Shown here piece by piece: positions 36,621 through 51,600 of a stretch of 64,000 nucleotides of DNA. Source of the DNA: Lama guanicoe (Eukaryota); the NCBI GenBank assembly GCA_013239625.1, contig MU054323.1:8979220-9043219 (forward strand), written 5' to 3'. The position numbers and the translations under genes are program-made. Below the pieces are notes generated by a model. It had not been told where the DNA came from and ran no database searches. It saw only the letters and a list, made by a program, of their open reading frames with translations. The stretch's first letter is position 1. Each line of letters begins with the position of its first letter.

Positions 36621-39600
36621 GGAAGAAGATTGTCCCAGTCAGTGTTTACAAAACTGGAGGAATCTGGCTCCTCATCTCCAGTACACATTGTCATATTTCT
36701 GAAAGTGACTTCAACAGTCCTGAACTCTAATTTTTTTTTAACAATCCGGAACTCTAAAAGAATTCTTTCGCTTAATTCATCAGGGACCTGAGGAAGACCG
36801 AGAGGCAGAATCAGAGTTGACAGTAACGCAGTTGAAGGAATTACGCAAGCAGCAACAAATGATGTTGGAGAAGAAGATGCTGGGAGAAGACTCAGATGAA
36901 GAGGAAATGGATACTGCTGAAAGGCAGAGAAATACTAGTAGTCAAGATGATGAAATGGGCTGCACCTGGGGAATGGGTAAGACGTTAAAATTGCTGCCAG
37001 AGGTTAATATTTTAAATTCATTTCCACTGGTACTCTTAAATGTTTTTTTTATAAATCATATAACTTTCATGACTCTTTGAGATAGATAGGACAAAAACAA
37101 TTTGCACCTGAGGTTACCAAAACCCAGAGAGATTCATTAATTTTTCTGATGACAAAAAATTGAATTATGGGCACAACTGGTTTCTTATAAAGTGTTTTAC
37201 AATGCACTCACTTGTTCAAAACCCTTCCTCAGTGTATAGTTTGTTATTATTATTATTTTAATTAATTAATTAATCAATTAATTATTGTTGGGGGGAGGGA
37301 ATTAGGTTTATTTAACTTTGGAGGAGTTACTGGGGATTGAACCCAGGACCTTGTGCGTGCTAAGCATGTGCTCTACCACTTGAGCTATACCCTCCCCTAT
37401 AGTTTATTATTTTTAACCATTAAAATTTAATTAAGTACTGATCCTGATTATCACTGTAAGGGGTGGAACTGCATTCAATCAAATAAAATGGAATGTGATT
37501 CAATACATGAGTTCCCTCGAATTTTTTTGTACTTTGTATAAATACCCTGAAATGCGAAGTACCTAATCAGAGAAAAACCTTAGGCAAAGGAATAAAGTAA
37601 ATTTTCCATAACACCATACGTTTTGGAGGATGGGTATTCAGGAGCTAGGAATATGAAAAGATAGAAGATGGCCTTAATAATATGTTGTTGGGTAGACAGG
37701 ATAAATATGAAATTATTTGTGTTAAGTCAGACAAAGGCTAAAAACCATAAGTGTGCTAGTGTAAGTGTTCAGAGAAGGAAGCAATCTTTGAGGACTTAGA
37801 CCTACACTGTCCATTATGGTAGTCACCAGCCACATGTGGTTACTGGGCACCTTCAGTGTGGCTAGTCCAAATTGACATGTGCCGTAAATGTAAAATACAC
37901 ACTGGATTTCAAAGATTTAGTGTGAAAAAAGATTGTAAGTATTGCATTCATAATATTTTTATATTGATTACATGATAACTTCACCTATTTCTCTTTTTTC
38001 ATGGGACTATTAGAAAATGTAAGATTATATATATGACTTTCATTATATTTCTGTTGGGTAGCAGTGACTTCGATCTTTGGGGAAGTTTATAAGTTTATAA
38101 ACAGAACGGTCTTGAAGGAAAGGAAAGGAACCCTTAGGAAGCTGAGGACTGGGAGTGGTATTCAGGGTAGAGATTGGTGATTTTAAGGGAGTACTGAGTA
38201 AACTAGTCTGTTTGGTAGATATGATAAGTATTAGGAAATTATACCCCTAATATATACTCCTATATATTAGGAGACAAAGTATTAGACCTGGTTATGAGAG
38301 AATTGAGATGCCAGACTGAGGAGCTTAGATTTTTTTTTTTTTTAGGTAGAGAATGTGGTAGGTAATTTTGTTTTTAAAATACATATAGTGATGAATAAGG
38401 TGCCATGAAAAACGTTTTAACTTGTCACAATATAGAAAACCTGAAGATGTTCATACGGGTGGTTTTGTGATTGTCTTCCCCCAGCCTACCCCTACTTTCT
38501 TTCTTTCTTTCTTTTCATCACTGATAACTGTATATACACCCTGAAAGGACAGTGGGTGTCATTCAGACAGTCTCCTATGTCTGATAGTCTTATCCTTCTT
38601 TCCCATATCCTATAGGAGAAGATGCTGTAGAGGATGAGGCTGAAGAGAACCCCATTGTCTTAGAGTTTCAGCAGGAGAGGGAAGCCTTTTATATAAAGGA
38701 TCCAAAAAAGGCTCTTCAAGGTTTTTTTGACCGAGAAGGTATGTAAACAGATTCTGACCCTGCCAGTAAAATGTATCCACAACAGTTTTGTTTTCTAGAC
38801 CTTCAGGTACTTAGAAACATTCTATTTTTTCTGCTGTCCTCCTTGTTCAGTTCTTGCCTGTGTGGTCAGTTGTTTCAGGTTTATTTTGAAAATAGTGAAA
38901 ATCTTGTTAGTCTTTTTTCGTGTCTTGGGAAAAAGGAAGTACTTTTTCCTGACTCATCTAATTCCTCTCAAAAGATCCTAGGCTTGGATTGTGGGAAGAT
39001 CGACCCAACTTAAAATTTTTTTGTTTCTAATTCACCTGATCTTTTGTAATTCTTAACATGGATTTTCACTTTATATGATTTAAGGAGGATTGTTTCAATA
39101 GGGATGCTCTGAGGTAACATCTATGTGTATGTATGTGTGTTATATGCATGTTTATGTATGAATATAAATATATATATGAACATTGTATTCTGCACTTAAT
39201 ATTTATGCTCCTAAAAACTAGGTAGCTGTGGCAAATTAACAACTTAAGTCTACAACTTATAATCAATGTGAAAGCTACTATATATTGGACAAAACTCTGT
39301 ATAGAGAGTTGATTGTTTTGATCTGAGTTTATGTTTCTCTGCCTCAAGCTCATCCAAACTTCATTATCAGATGATAATTTCTAGGAATGTGAAGTTAAGT
39401 GCTTTGCAATTTAGTATTCAGTGTGGTATGAGAACTTTATATTCATATTTAGCCTTTGCTCTCTTTCCCTTCATATCAACTAGTAATTTTCAGATGCTAT
39501 TAAATTTGTTTTGTCTTTCTTCCTCCCACAGGAGAAGAATTAGAATATGAATTTGATGAACAGGGCCATAGCACTTGGCTCTGCAGAGTGAGGTATGTCC

Positions 39601-42600
39601 TTTACTCATTAATGTCAACTTCTGGAAAGTGGCCAATTTCAGGTTTAAATTATGGTTATAGACAACCCAAAGAGCAACTTTAGTCTTAATTTAAAATTAA
39701 GGCTTTTCCTGAATTTGGGCCTTGATTATTTAGTAACGCATTGGGGGTGGGGTGGGATGGGTAAAAAGTGGACGGAAAGGATTTGAAGTCCAACCTTGGC
39801 AAGATAGAACAAAATGAACTGGGAGATTAAAAAGCCATTTCAAAAAACATGACTATTATCATAGCATAGTACTTTTTTCATGAAAATTGGAGCTTAATAC
39901 TGTGCTGTAATTCCTTCCAAACCAATGCAGATTACCTGTGGATGATTCAACCGGAAAACAGCTGGTGGCTGAGGCCATTCACTCAGGAAAGAAAAAAGAA
40001 GCAATGATCCAGTGCTCACTGGAAGCTTGTCGAATCCTCGATACTTTGGGATTGCTTCGGCAGGAGGCAGGTGAGTATGTGGGAGCACTTTTTTCTTTAA
40101 GAAAAGAAAGAAAGAAGGAAAATTGAATACATAAGGTAATAAAACCTTTTTTTAGGCAGAAAATATAAATTGTGCAGAATCCTATGAGGTGTAAAGAATA
40201 AATTCCCTAACTCATACCCAGTACTGTTTATATTCTCTTAGACATTTTCCAAGCATATAAATGGGATTCAGAACTAGATCCTTTACCAAAAACAAGCACT
40301 CATACACAAATACATTTATATTACTTATACTCTTTTGTGACTTTTTTAACATAAGAATGTATCCTGATATTTTTCCATAACATTGCATTAAATTTACCTT
40401 ATTTAAAAAAAAAAACCTGTCTGGGTATTAGTTATTTATTAATAAGGCTTATATTTTTATTTATCCTAAAATTAATTTTTATTATTGCAAAGTAACTTAT
40501 GTATAATTTAAAACTATTAAGGCTTGTAAACAAGATATAAGTGTTCCTTGTTCTGCCCCTCCCCAGTCTTCATCCCTAGAAGGCTTTTAACTCTTTCAAT
40601 TATTTCTTCTGGCATTTTAAAATATCCATATTTCTAAGCCAATATCCTGTAATAATCTATGATTGCATATAATCTGCAAACAAAAACAAAAACAGAATCA
40701 CTATGCTATACACCTGAAATTAATATACTATTGTAAATTAACATACTTCAATTAAAAAAAGAGTAAATGTAGAAAAAAAATCTGTATCTCTAAAAAATGG
40801 GTATGCTTTTATATTTTGAGTCATTTATTTTGAATGTTATCTATTGACTTTGTTAAGTTAGTATTTTAGTATTTACATGATTATGTTTATGCAGATATTA
40901 GTCACAACTGAACAGTTTTTTTGTTGTTGTTTTCCCTGAAGTTAATAATTGTGTTTGTTTTTCATGTGTTTGATTTTTTGATATCTCTTACTCATTCTTC
41001 CCACACCTTTCAGTATGTTTTCCCACATGGTCAGTCACATTAAGTAATTTATCACTTCTGATTTTTTGGGAGACATTTCTCCTGAAGAACACTGTTCTTA
41101 TTCTTCTAGGGGTTACTGCCCTCTAGGCCTGCTGCAGAACAGTCTTCTGGGACTTCACCTTACTGTTTTCCATAAGATTTCCTTTCTTTTTCTCCAGGGT
41201 TGAATTTTCTGTTTTTCGTGACTCTCTGATTCTCATATTTCTTAGTTTATTCCCTTGTTTTAGTGGAGCACATCTTTCTGTAGTTTTAGCAGGTTAGAAA
41301 GCTGGTACAGCAATAGGGGGTACGGATGATGGTAGTCTTCAATGGATTTCACATCTTTCATTTTTCTTTGTCTACTATTGTTTTGGTGGACATCCTTTAG
41401 AGGATTCCTGAGAAAGAATGTATTGCAAGTAAACTTTATTAAACCCTCCACTCTGAAAATATAATTATTTTAGAAGAAGGTGAGTAGATAGGGAGGAGGA
41501 CCTGTTTCTCAGCTTTTACCCAGTCCTCATTTTAGCACTACTATCCAGCCACAGTTTCAGATCCTTCTGAGGATTTTCTTGATTGATTCTCAGCTTTCCC
41601 CACTGTTGGTTTTTAGGATTCTTTTTTTTTTTTTTGGTTCTGCTAAGTCAGTTTCCATTCATCTGTCTACTTTCTAATTTCCAAAAATTTGGTGTTGCTG
41701 TCCCCACTCCTGTTCTCATTGTCTTTGTAGATTAATGTCTTTTAAAAAAGGTCTCTTTGCTGCAGTTTTAGTAGGGTATGAGGAGAGAATGAAATTAGAT
41801 GTGTATTTCAGTGTACCAACTTAACCTGGAAATTATCAGGTTTATATTAATAGGACTGTTTTGGTTGCAAGTAATAGAAACCTAATTCAGATTAGTTTAA
41901 GGACCAGGTTAGTGGCTGCAGAAGCTGGGAAGAGTACCTCACAAGACTGAAGGAAGAGCTGCATGAACCAGGACCTCAAGTTCTGGAAGCAGAACTTAGT
42001 GCTACCAAATCAGAACTCAGTATCAGCAGGACACATAAAAGCTGTCTGTGTGAATCTGTGAGTGAGTCTGTCTCATGAGTGCAGGTTTTTGTTTGTTTGT
42101 TTGTTTTGCAGACAGATTCTCAGGCCATGTTGAGAAACTGGTTGCTTGCGGCCCTGGACTTATATCTTCCCTTTTTAATAACCTCATTAGGAAAAGAGCC
42201 TCTTTTCCCCTATGTCTAAATATAAGTATGAAGGAAGGAGTCTTACTGATCTGGCTTTGGTCACGTGAAACCCCTAATCCAAATGGAATAGGGGAGGAAT
42301 TTTCTAGAGGATGGGGGTACTTTTACCAGAACAAGACAGGTAAGATGACATGGGGTAGACAAAAAAAGTAATAGCTCCCATAGTCCCCTATTGATGGGCT
42401 TTCTAGATTCTCACTGTTACCATGTTGCATTGATATGTATAGGAAAAATTCCTATAAGTAGAATTGCTGGATTAATTGCATTTTTAATGTTGGCAAATGT
42501 GGCAAGATTGACCATCAAAAAGATTATGTCAGTGTACATTCCTACCAACTGTTTGAGAATCCATTTCCCCATACTCTTGCCAAATTGCCAAATTTTTTCT

Positions 42601-45600
42601 GTTTTTTCTAGTCTAATAGGTAAGAAATAGTTTCTCATAATTTGTTTTTTTTAAGTCATTAAAAAAGTTTAACATCTTTTCATATGTTTGTTGGCCATTT
42701 GTCTTTTTTTGTGGACTGCTTTTATTATTTTAAGAATTTTCTTTTGGATTATTGATCTTTTCCTCATTTATCTTTTTCCTGTTTCACTCATTGATTTTTG
42801 AGAGCTTTTTGCTCATTAAATAAATTAGCCCTTTGTTTTAACTTTTTTATTGTGGTAAAATATATGTAACATAAAATTTACCATGTTAAGCGTTTTTAAG
42901 TATACAGTTCCTTGACATTAAATATACTCATGTTGAGTAACCATCACAACTATCTGTCTCAAAACTTTTTCATCATCCCGTACTAAAACTTGGAACCCAT
43001 TAAACAGTAACTTCCCATTTTTCCTCCCTCCAGCCCCTGGTAACAAGCTTTCTACTTTTCTGCCTATAGGAATTTGACTATTTTAAGTACTTCATGTATG
43101 TGAACTCATGCGATACATGTCTTTTTCTATTCGGCTTATTTCACTTATAATAGTGGCTTCAAGGTTTAGCCCTTTGTTTTAATATGTAGTTTGGCAGCTT
43201 GTTGAATCATCTCTTTCAATAATTGATGGTGATATTTTAAGCTACTTGCTTACTTGCCTTCTTTTTCTTTTTCTCTTTTTAAAATTTATTGATTATCATT
43301 TATTTTATCTACCTCTAGTATCTCGGAAAAGGAAAGCCAAGAACTGGGAAGATGAAGACTTTTATGACAGTGACGATGACACATATCTTGATCGGACAGG
43401 CCTGGTTGAAAAGAAGCGTCTGAACCGAATGAAGAAGGCTGGGAAGATTGACGAGAAGCCAGAGACCTTTGAATCACTGGCAAGTATTACTTATAGAAGT
43501 AGCTGTGGTGGTTTAATTTTTTTAATGAAATAATGTATTGTTTAAATTTGTTTTATAATTACAATTTTTAAAGCAGTAGGACTGAAATCTTGTACTGAAG
43601 TATAAGTTTTGTGATCCATAAATTTGATGGTTACAAACAACTAGTCTTATCTAAGTTGGGGAAGAGTTTAGCTTGCTGCTAGAGACTCTGTCCACCTCCA
43701 GGTGAGTATTGACCCATTATTTAGCATTCTTTGGATATGATCTTACCTCTCAAAAAAGAAAGGAAAAGTTCCAAATTGGGACAATCTGAGGTAAACTTGA
43801 CCTTAGGCTTTCGGCAATCAAGAATCATGAGAGAAATTTTGAGTAGTTTGGTAATGCAGGCCCACCTCAGAGATTTTGCAGGTTTAATTCCGGCCCACTG
43901 CAGTAAAGCAAACATTGCAATAAAGTGAGTCACATATATTTTTTGGTTTCCCAGTACGTGTAAAAGGTATATTCACACTATACTGTAATCTATTAAGTGG
44001 GTTATAGCATTATCTCAAGAAAAAAAAAAGGACCTACCCTAATTAAAAAAAATACTTTATTGTTAAAAAATGCTTACCATCATCTGACAATGCAGGGTTG
44101 TCACAAACTACAGTTTGTAAAAAATGCAATATCTTCAAAGTTCAGTAAAGTGAAGCTCAATAAAATGAGGTATGCCTGTAGCCTTAAACAGTGTATCCTT
44201 CATGAAATTATCATAAGATGGCCTGTGTTTCACTATATTAAGTAGTATCCAGAGCTTAAAACATTACCCAATAGCTATCCTTTGATTCATCAGTGAAAAC
44301 AAATGCCTTGAGTTCTTTCTTTTGAGTAAAATAAAGTCTGTGTTCTGTGCATTTCTTCTGTTTAAGTCTTAGTTATTTAATTCAGAAGTTAATTCAGTTA
44401 GAATTAAACAAATGAAAAAAGTTAACTCTAGGAGGAGCAGATTTAATTGGACTTCTGAATTAATCCTCTTAAAACTTTTCACAATAATAAAAATAAGAAG
44501 AGGAAGATAAGGAAAGCTACCGTATTTTGAAAGAAGGAAAGCATTTGCTAATCCTGTTAATTTGCCCGTTCTAGGTTGCAAAGTTAAATGATGCTGAAAA
44601 GGAACTCTCTGAAATTTCTGAGAGACTAAAAGCCTCCAGCAAAGGTAAGGTAATGACTCATTAAACAAATATTTATTTAGCATCTACTGTATGTAGTGTA
44701 CTCTGCTAGGCACTGAGGCTACATTGGTTAATAAGATATACAGGGTATGGATTCCTAAGGAGAAACATAGCATTTTAGAACTAGAAAGAACTTTATAAAT
44801 TACTTGGTGTAACCTCTAATAGATGAATTAAATAAAGCCCATTGAGGCAAAGTGATGTCCTAAGACATAACCAGTTTCCTTATTCTTAATATCAATAATG
44901 CCCTCTCTCTAGCTTTATGTTAGTGACTTTTCTATGGAAACTTGGACTGAATTTTAAAATATTTGAGGCCACTTTTCTGAATATTTATTATCCCTTTCTT
45001 GGACAGCTCTCTCAGAGTCACCATCTCAGGACTCTTTAGATGCATTCATGTCAGAAATGAAATCAGGGAGTGCATTAGATGGTGTGTCCCGGAAGAAGCT
45101 TCACCTGAGAACTTTTGAACTGAGAAAGGAACAGCAGAGACTTAAAGGGTTGATAAAAATTGTAAAGCCAGCAGAGATTCCAGAACTAAAAAAGTAAGTC
45201 AGTCTTAGTTATACTTGGAATTTTAAATAAGTGTATTTGCATAGATAACTGAATTATATCTTTATTTTTTTTAGGTAATCATTATGGACTAGAATATAAG
45301 AAACTCTTTAAAGCACAGAAGGCAGTGGTTTCGTGGAGTAACTAAAAACCCATTTCATTTGTGATATATAGACTGCTACAGGATTTTTAGAGAAAACCGT
45401 ATTGAATCCTCTTTCACTGGAGGGCTCTGAGCTTTTCACTTACTCTCTTAGTGCAAAGTAAGCTGCTTTAAAGAGTAACATGCACAGAAAGCTAATTGCC
45501 CTAATATTTAAAGATCCACCAACGAGACAAATGGGCAAAGTATATAAACTGACATGCCACTGAAAAAGAAATACACGTAGCTCTTAACTGTATGAAAAGA

Positions 45601-48600
45601 TGCTCAACCTCACTCATAATAAGAGAAAAACAAATACTACAATGTAATACCATTTTTAATCTATGATTTTAAAGCCACAGATGAAAAGATGTGAGTGCAG
45701 ATTTGCAGACATCTAGAAGATTTTTGAGTAATTTGTAAACAAGATTTTAAGAATAATTTTTCCCAGAGTTGGTTAGTACTTTTAAGTGAGTGAGTGTGAA
45801 TGTGTGTGAGTGTGTGTGTGAGAGATGCAATCTTTCAACTTGACAATATTTCAAAATTGTGTTCTGTGTGGTCATAACAAATTTTTGAAAATGTTGTATA
45901 GGTGGTTATAGAAGTAAGCAACCCCCAATGAATACATTCCAGGTGGGCTTTTTAAAAAGTGGTACTACCTAGGTGTGTTCACTCACTTATGAAGGTAGTT
46001 AACTATAGAAAATTTGTGTTTTTTTAGATCTGTGCTGTTTAGTACAACACCTAGTAGTCACATGTGATATTTAAATTACATAAAGTTAAAAATTCAGTTC
46101 CTCAGTCACATTGGCCATATTTCAAGTGCTCAATAGCTGCATGTGGCTAGTGGCTACTGTATCAGGCAGCGCAGACATAGAACATTCCTAGTGATGGAAT
46201 ATCTGTTGGAACATCATTGGAAAATGATGGCTGTCTGTCTCCTGTGTTCTGTTGGACAGTGCTGCTTTAGATTGTCATTAAGCATTTACTATGTGTACAG
46301 AACCTGTAGCTTGATGCTGGGGGCACTGCATAGAAGAGTATTCATTGAGAGGCATCTCTCTTTACAGAGCTGTAGACATGAAATGTTTCTGGAGCTCTTG
46401 ATCATCTGTACAGAAAATTTATCCCCAAATTACTAGCAGGCTTGTTCGAAGATTTATATGTGGTTTGGATATTTAATACAGTGATTCATAGTTCAGTCCA
46501 CAGAAGTCTATTTACACAAATGATATCAGAGTTATCGATAGTGCGGAGGTAGGTTAGCTTACCTGGGTTTAGACTTCCTGGGTTTCATTCTCAGCTCTGT
46601 CAATTACTTCTTGGGAATTTTGAGGCAGGTTATTTCACTTCATTGATTTTTGTTTTCCTCATCTGTAAATTGGAAGTAATGATAGTGAAAAGATTAAACG
46701 AATAGCATTTAAAGTGCTGGCATGTATGTATTATTGTTGTCATCATTGTCGTAATTTTTACTATTTCTGTTATACTTAGTAACTGTTTGTAATATTGTTT
46801 TTATGGAGAAAACATAAAAACTCAGGAGGCATAGTCGAGACTAAACAAATTAACAGTGAGTTTTAATTTCAACTCTGTAATCCTTTAATTTGGTAAGTCA
46901 GCCCTGAGAGGTGTTCTGAGCTAGAAGACAAATAGCTTCCTCCAGAGCCTCCCTTCCTGCTGTCTGTGTGTCTGCCTAGTGTCCCCTCCCTTTCCTACTT
47001 TAGATACTGGCCTTCAGATCTTGTCCCTCCTCTTCTTACTTGAGAGTGGAACTTCTAAACTTCCTCCCTAAGTCCACCCCTCGTCCATCCACAAGCAACC
47101 CTTGATTATGATTTCATCTTCCACTTTTTCATCTCCTTTGGTAGTCTTTGCATGTTCTCTGGCCAGCCAAGCTATTTAATGGAGCTGAGAAATATGTGTT
47201 GGTCTTTGCCTTTCTCTGCTTCCTGAGTCTTGTGGGGAGAGACTGTGAAGGGTGATTTGACAAAGTGTCTTTAAGGCCAGGCAGGCAGGATTCCTGTGGT
47301 GGCCTTAGCAAGGCAATGGGTCAGTCTCTGGTAGAAAGGGGGTGAGGCTCAGCTCAAGAGCACCACTGAAGTAAAAGAAGGCAGTCGTGGCCCATGGGGC
47401 TTCAGGGTAGGTAGACAGGGTAGTCAGTTTCTTGTATGGGTCCTGTGAGTCAGGAGTGCCAATACTGTCTTTACATTCCAGGTTGCAGGGTTGTCCTGTA
47501 GTCAGTGTGAAGAAAGTGTAGGGCTTTCTTGCCTCTGTCTCCTCCTGCTACCTTGTCATTGTCACCTCTGCCTATTCTCTGAACATGTCAACTCAACTGC
47601 TGTCCTTTTCGTTTTTCGTCTGTTCTTCTTCTTCTTCTTTGCTCTTTTCTAATCTCTACAATCTTTTTGCCCTTCCTCTGCTTTACTCTTATGTGCTTAG
47701 CTTTATATCCAGCCAGTGAGAATGTTGATGAGCTCACTAGTTGTAGGGTTTCTTACTAGGTCTTTGTCATTACTCACTACACAGGCTATCCTGCCTCCTG
47801 CCCCCTACACACACACACACACACACACTTTTTTTTTTTAAACTTCTGTGCACTTTTGTTTATTAAACTTCTGTGCTCAGAACTGTTGTGTGTGGTTATA
47901 ACAAGTGTGGGCTCCAGGTAAGTAAAGCACTGTGAGTCCTCTTCAGAGACTGGTGGGAAGTAGGGTTTTATACCATGGGTCCATCTCCTGCCACTTCTTG
48001 GGGATGGGATCATGCTTATATATTCTCCTTTGCCAGTGACCTGTGTACTGTAGGCATCATTCTATGAATGGGAAGTCACATAGCATGTTGCAAATTACTA
48101 GACTAAGGTAGCAGCCTCATCTTGTCCTTAATAGCTGTATGTCTGTGATAATCAGCAGTGTTGTCCATTCATACTCTGTTGTCCATTCATACTTCTTTCT
48201 TCTTGGCATATATGTAAATGTTCACTTTGTGGAAATTTTTGTTTTGCCAAAACTTTCTTTGTCATGGCATTTTTAGATAAAACCTTGGCCTTGCTGGAAA
48301 AAATACATATATATAAAATTATTGTTTCTTCCTAGAACTGAAAATCAAGCTACAGATGGAGAAAGCAAAGCTAAAAAGCTTACATTGCCTCTCTTTGGTG
48401 CCATGAAAGGAGGAAGCAAATTCAAATTAAAAACTGGAACAGTAGGGGTAAGTTGTGAGTCAGGGTGTTAAACTTTTAGCTCTTGTGTTATCCTAAGCTA
48501 AGTTTTCTCTTTCCTTTAAAACTCAAATGACTCATCCCACAGTAATGTACAAAAGGGCCGTGGGTTTGGTATGATCCCGTCTTTCCCAGGACGTGGTTCT

Positions 48601-51600
48601 TGGATTTTTCTCTTCAGCCTAGGATTATCAAGAATTGATAAAATTGATTCATGCCAGTCAATTTGCATGTAACTGATTTGTGAATCAGAATACCAATTTT
48701 TTTTAATTCATTAATTTCTTCTTTTTTTTAAATTGAAGTCAAGTCAGTTTACAATGTTGCATCAATTTCTGGTGTACAGCATAATGTTTCAGTCATCCAT
48801 ATACATATATATGCACAGAGTACCAATTTATTAATTTATGATGAATGTTGCATTTAAGAAAAGATTTCTTGCATTTGATGCTTTTTTCCTGGTGGATGGA
48901 TGTTGTAATATTCAGACTCAGCTAACATTTGTTAATAACGTAGTCTGTGCACTTGGCTCCTGGCTCTGCCATATGGTTTTTCTTATTTCATTTAATCCTT
49001 CCAACGCCTTATGACATGTGGGAATTATCACCTCTCACAACTGAGGAAACAGTGTCAGGGAGGTTAAATACAAGATCACACCGTCATCAAGTAACTAGAT
49101 GCAGTCAAATCCAGGTCTTACGTCTCTTGAGTTTTGTGATCTTCCTACTATCCTCTGATACTTCACTGGTGTAAGTTTTGTTTTATATACATCCTTATTT
49201 ATAGACTCAGCTTGTAAAGGGTTTTCATCACCCCAAAGAGCTGAACCTCGTATAATAATGTGCTAGGGCTGCCATGACAAAATACCACAGACTATGCGGC
49301 TTAAATATCAGAAATTTATTCTCTCTCAACTGTGGAGGCTAGGAGTCCATGATCAGTGTGCCAGCAGGGCTGGTTTCCTCTGAGGCCTCTCTCCTTGGCT
49401 TGCAAGTGGCTGCCCTCTTGCTGCTTCTTAATGTGGTCGTCCCTCCGTGCACTTGCACTTCAGGCGGTTCTCTCCTGCTTTTAAGGATGCCAGTCGTATT
49501 GGATCAGGGCCACCTGAACAGTCTTATTTTAACTTAATCACCTCTTTCAAGATTTTATCTCCAAATATGTTGCATTCTGAGGTACTGGGGGTTGGGACTT
49601 CAACATGAATTTTGGGCGGGACACAGTTCAGCCCATAAAACTTTGAATTATGGTAAACTGTCCTTTGGTGACAGAGATCTGAAGTCCCAGCCATGTGTTC
49701 TCAGTGAGAACTATGTGGTTTACCTGTGATGGAGGCTCTTCTGTGAAGTTGGGGAGAGAGGTTACTTATGTTTTAGTTAGAAGAAAAATTCTTCACTAAA
49801 AGGCTTTCCTTAGGATTATGGAGCTAAATCCTGTATTTAAAAAGTGATATACCCAACTTATACTTTGGCCTTCTTTATATTCTTTAAGCTGTGATCAGCT
49901 TTTTCTAATACTTTTATTAAAAGGTCTTGATTAGAATATTTGGCCTTATTCAAGAAATTTCTTCTTTTTCTTCAGGATCTGTTTTATTGATTTACATATC
50001 TTGTTTCCTTGAAATTATGTTAAATCTAAAATGAAAAAGCTGCACAAATGATTTATTTTTTAGAAATGCGTGTCTCATTTACTCCCTAGAAGATTTTATA
50101 ATGAATTAAGATCCTTTAACATCATGAGGGGTAATGGGACAGAATTCCTGCAGTTGGTACTCAATAAGTGGTCCTGGAATACATGTTTTTGTTCCCTACA
50201 AGCTGTTTCAAGTGTTTTGTGCTTACTATTCTTTTGACCCTAGAAACTAATAAAGATACTTCTAAAGGGTCCATAGATGGATACAGTTTCATGTGAAAGT
50301 CCTTCCAGCAGACTTGGGTGGGCTCTGTCAGCACAGAGCAGTTAGACATTGTGCTCGTTTAGCTTAACCCCCTTGAAGAGATTTGTCTCTGCTGTAATGT
50401 AGAACTACTTGTTCATAGTTTTGTTTCTGTCATAGAAGTTACCCCCCAAGCGTCCAGAACTACCCCCAGCTCTAATGAGAATGAAGGATGAGCCTGAAGT
50501 AGAAGAGGAGGAAGAGGAGGAGGAAGAGGAGAAGGAAGAGGAGGAGCATGAAAAGAAGAAAATGGAAGCTGGAGGCAGTAGGCTACTGCAGGAGACAGAG
50601 CCAGAAGGAGCAGTGCAGGACACGAGCCCCACCACAGACTCCTCAAGTTCTAAAGAAACAAAAAACCTTGGTAATGTCTTCCTTCTCCTTCCTGTTCATT
50701 TGTTGTACGTAGGTTTGAAAAAGCAAAGCCAATTCTTGCCTGTGCTTTTTGACCTTGTGATACTTTGTGATATGTGATATAGCTGACTCTGGGGAAACAT
50801 ACTTTCTTGGTCTTTCTTTGGTTGCAGGTCATCATTTATCCTTATTGCAGAATAAGGGCAAGTACTTCCAGTGTATTCCAGGATTATAGAAAATTGAAAG
50901 CTGTGGAATCTGAAACCATAGCTGCTGCAGAACAGTCCTGAGCTGTTGTCACTGTATGATTGGAGGGCAGTAGAATAGGGCGGGTGACGAGGCCTGATCA
51001 GGTGGTCTTAGGATAAGCCTCCCCTTACTCATTTCCCCCCATCTCTTAAACAGAGGCTAAAAATAATGGTACCCACTGGACATAATTCTCAGGAAGCATC
51101 ATGCGTATTCATTTTTTTGCCCATAGTACCTAGCAGAGAACCTGGCATGTAGTATTACCCACCTTAGCAAAAGGTTGATGAAAAATGTGAAAGAGGAAAT
51201 TGATTGTTTTTTTGAATGTATTTTCTTCTGATTATAAAAGGATTATATGTTCATTTTAGAAACTTTGAATCATACATAAAAGTCCAAGGAAGAAAAGAGG
51301 AATCTCCTACAATCTCGCCCCCAGAGATAACTGTTTTTATCTTTTTAGTACATTTTTAACCCTTGTTTACTGCAGGAGTTATTTTCCTGCAGGTTAGCCA
51401 AACTGCTTATTAAGTTTAAGACTGCACAGAAAATAGGGAGCTGGAGGAGAAACAAAAAAACACTGGCATTAAATCATGTGGGAATGTGTGCATGTGGGCT
51501 TCCAAAACAAAGCTGGCCTGTCCACGTAAAAACAGCAGGCCTTCTATGCAGACCTCTTGACTCACCTTCAGTTGTTTGAGAAATAGAAAAGTTACTATTT

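Noticed and set aside
50405..50646. Ser-rich and Pro-rich minus-strand ORFs
   Set aside because: Antisense shadows of the poly-Glu SLC4A1AP exon
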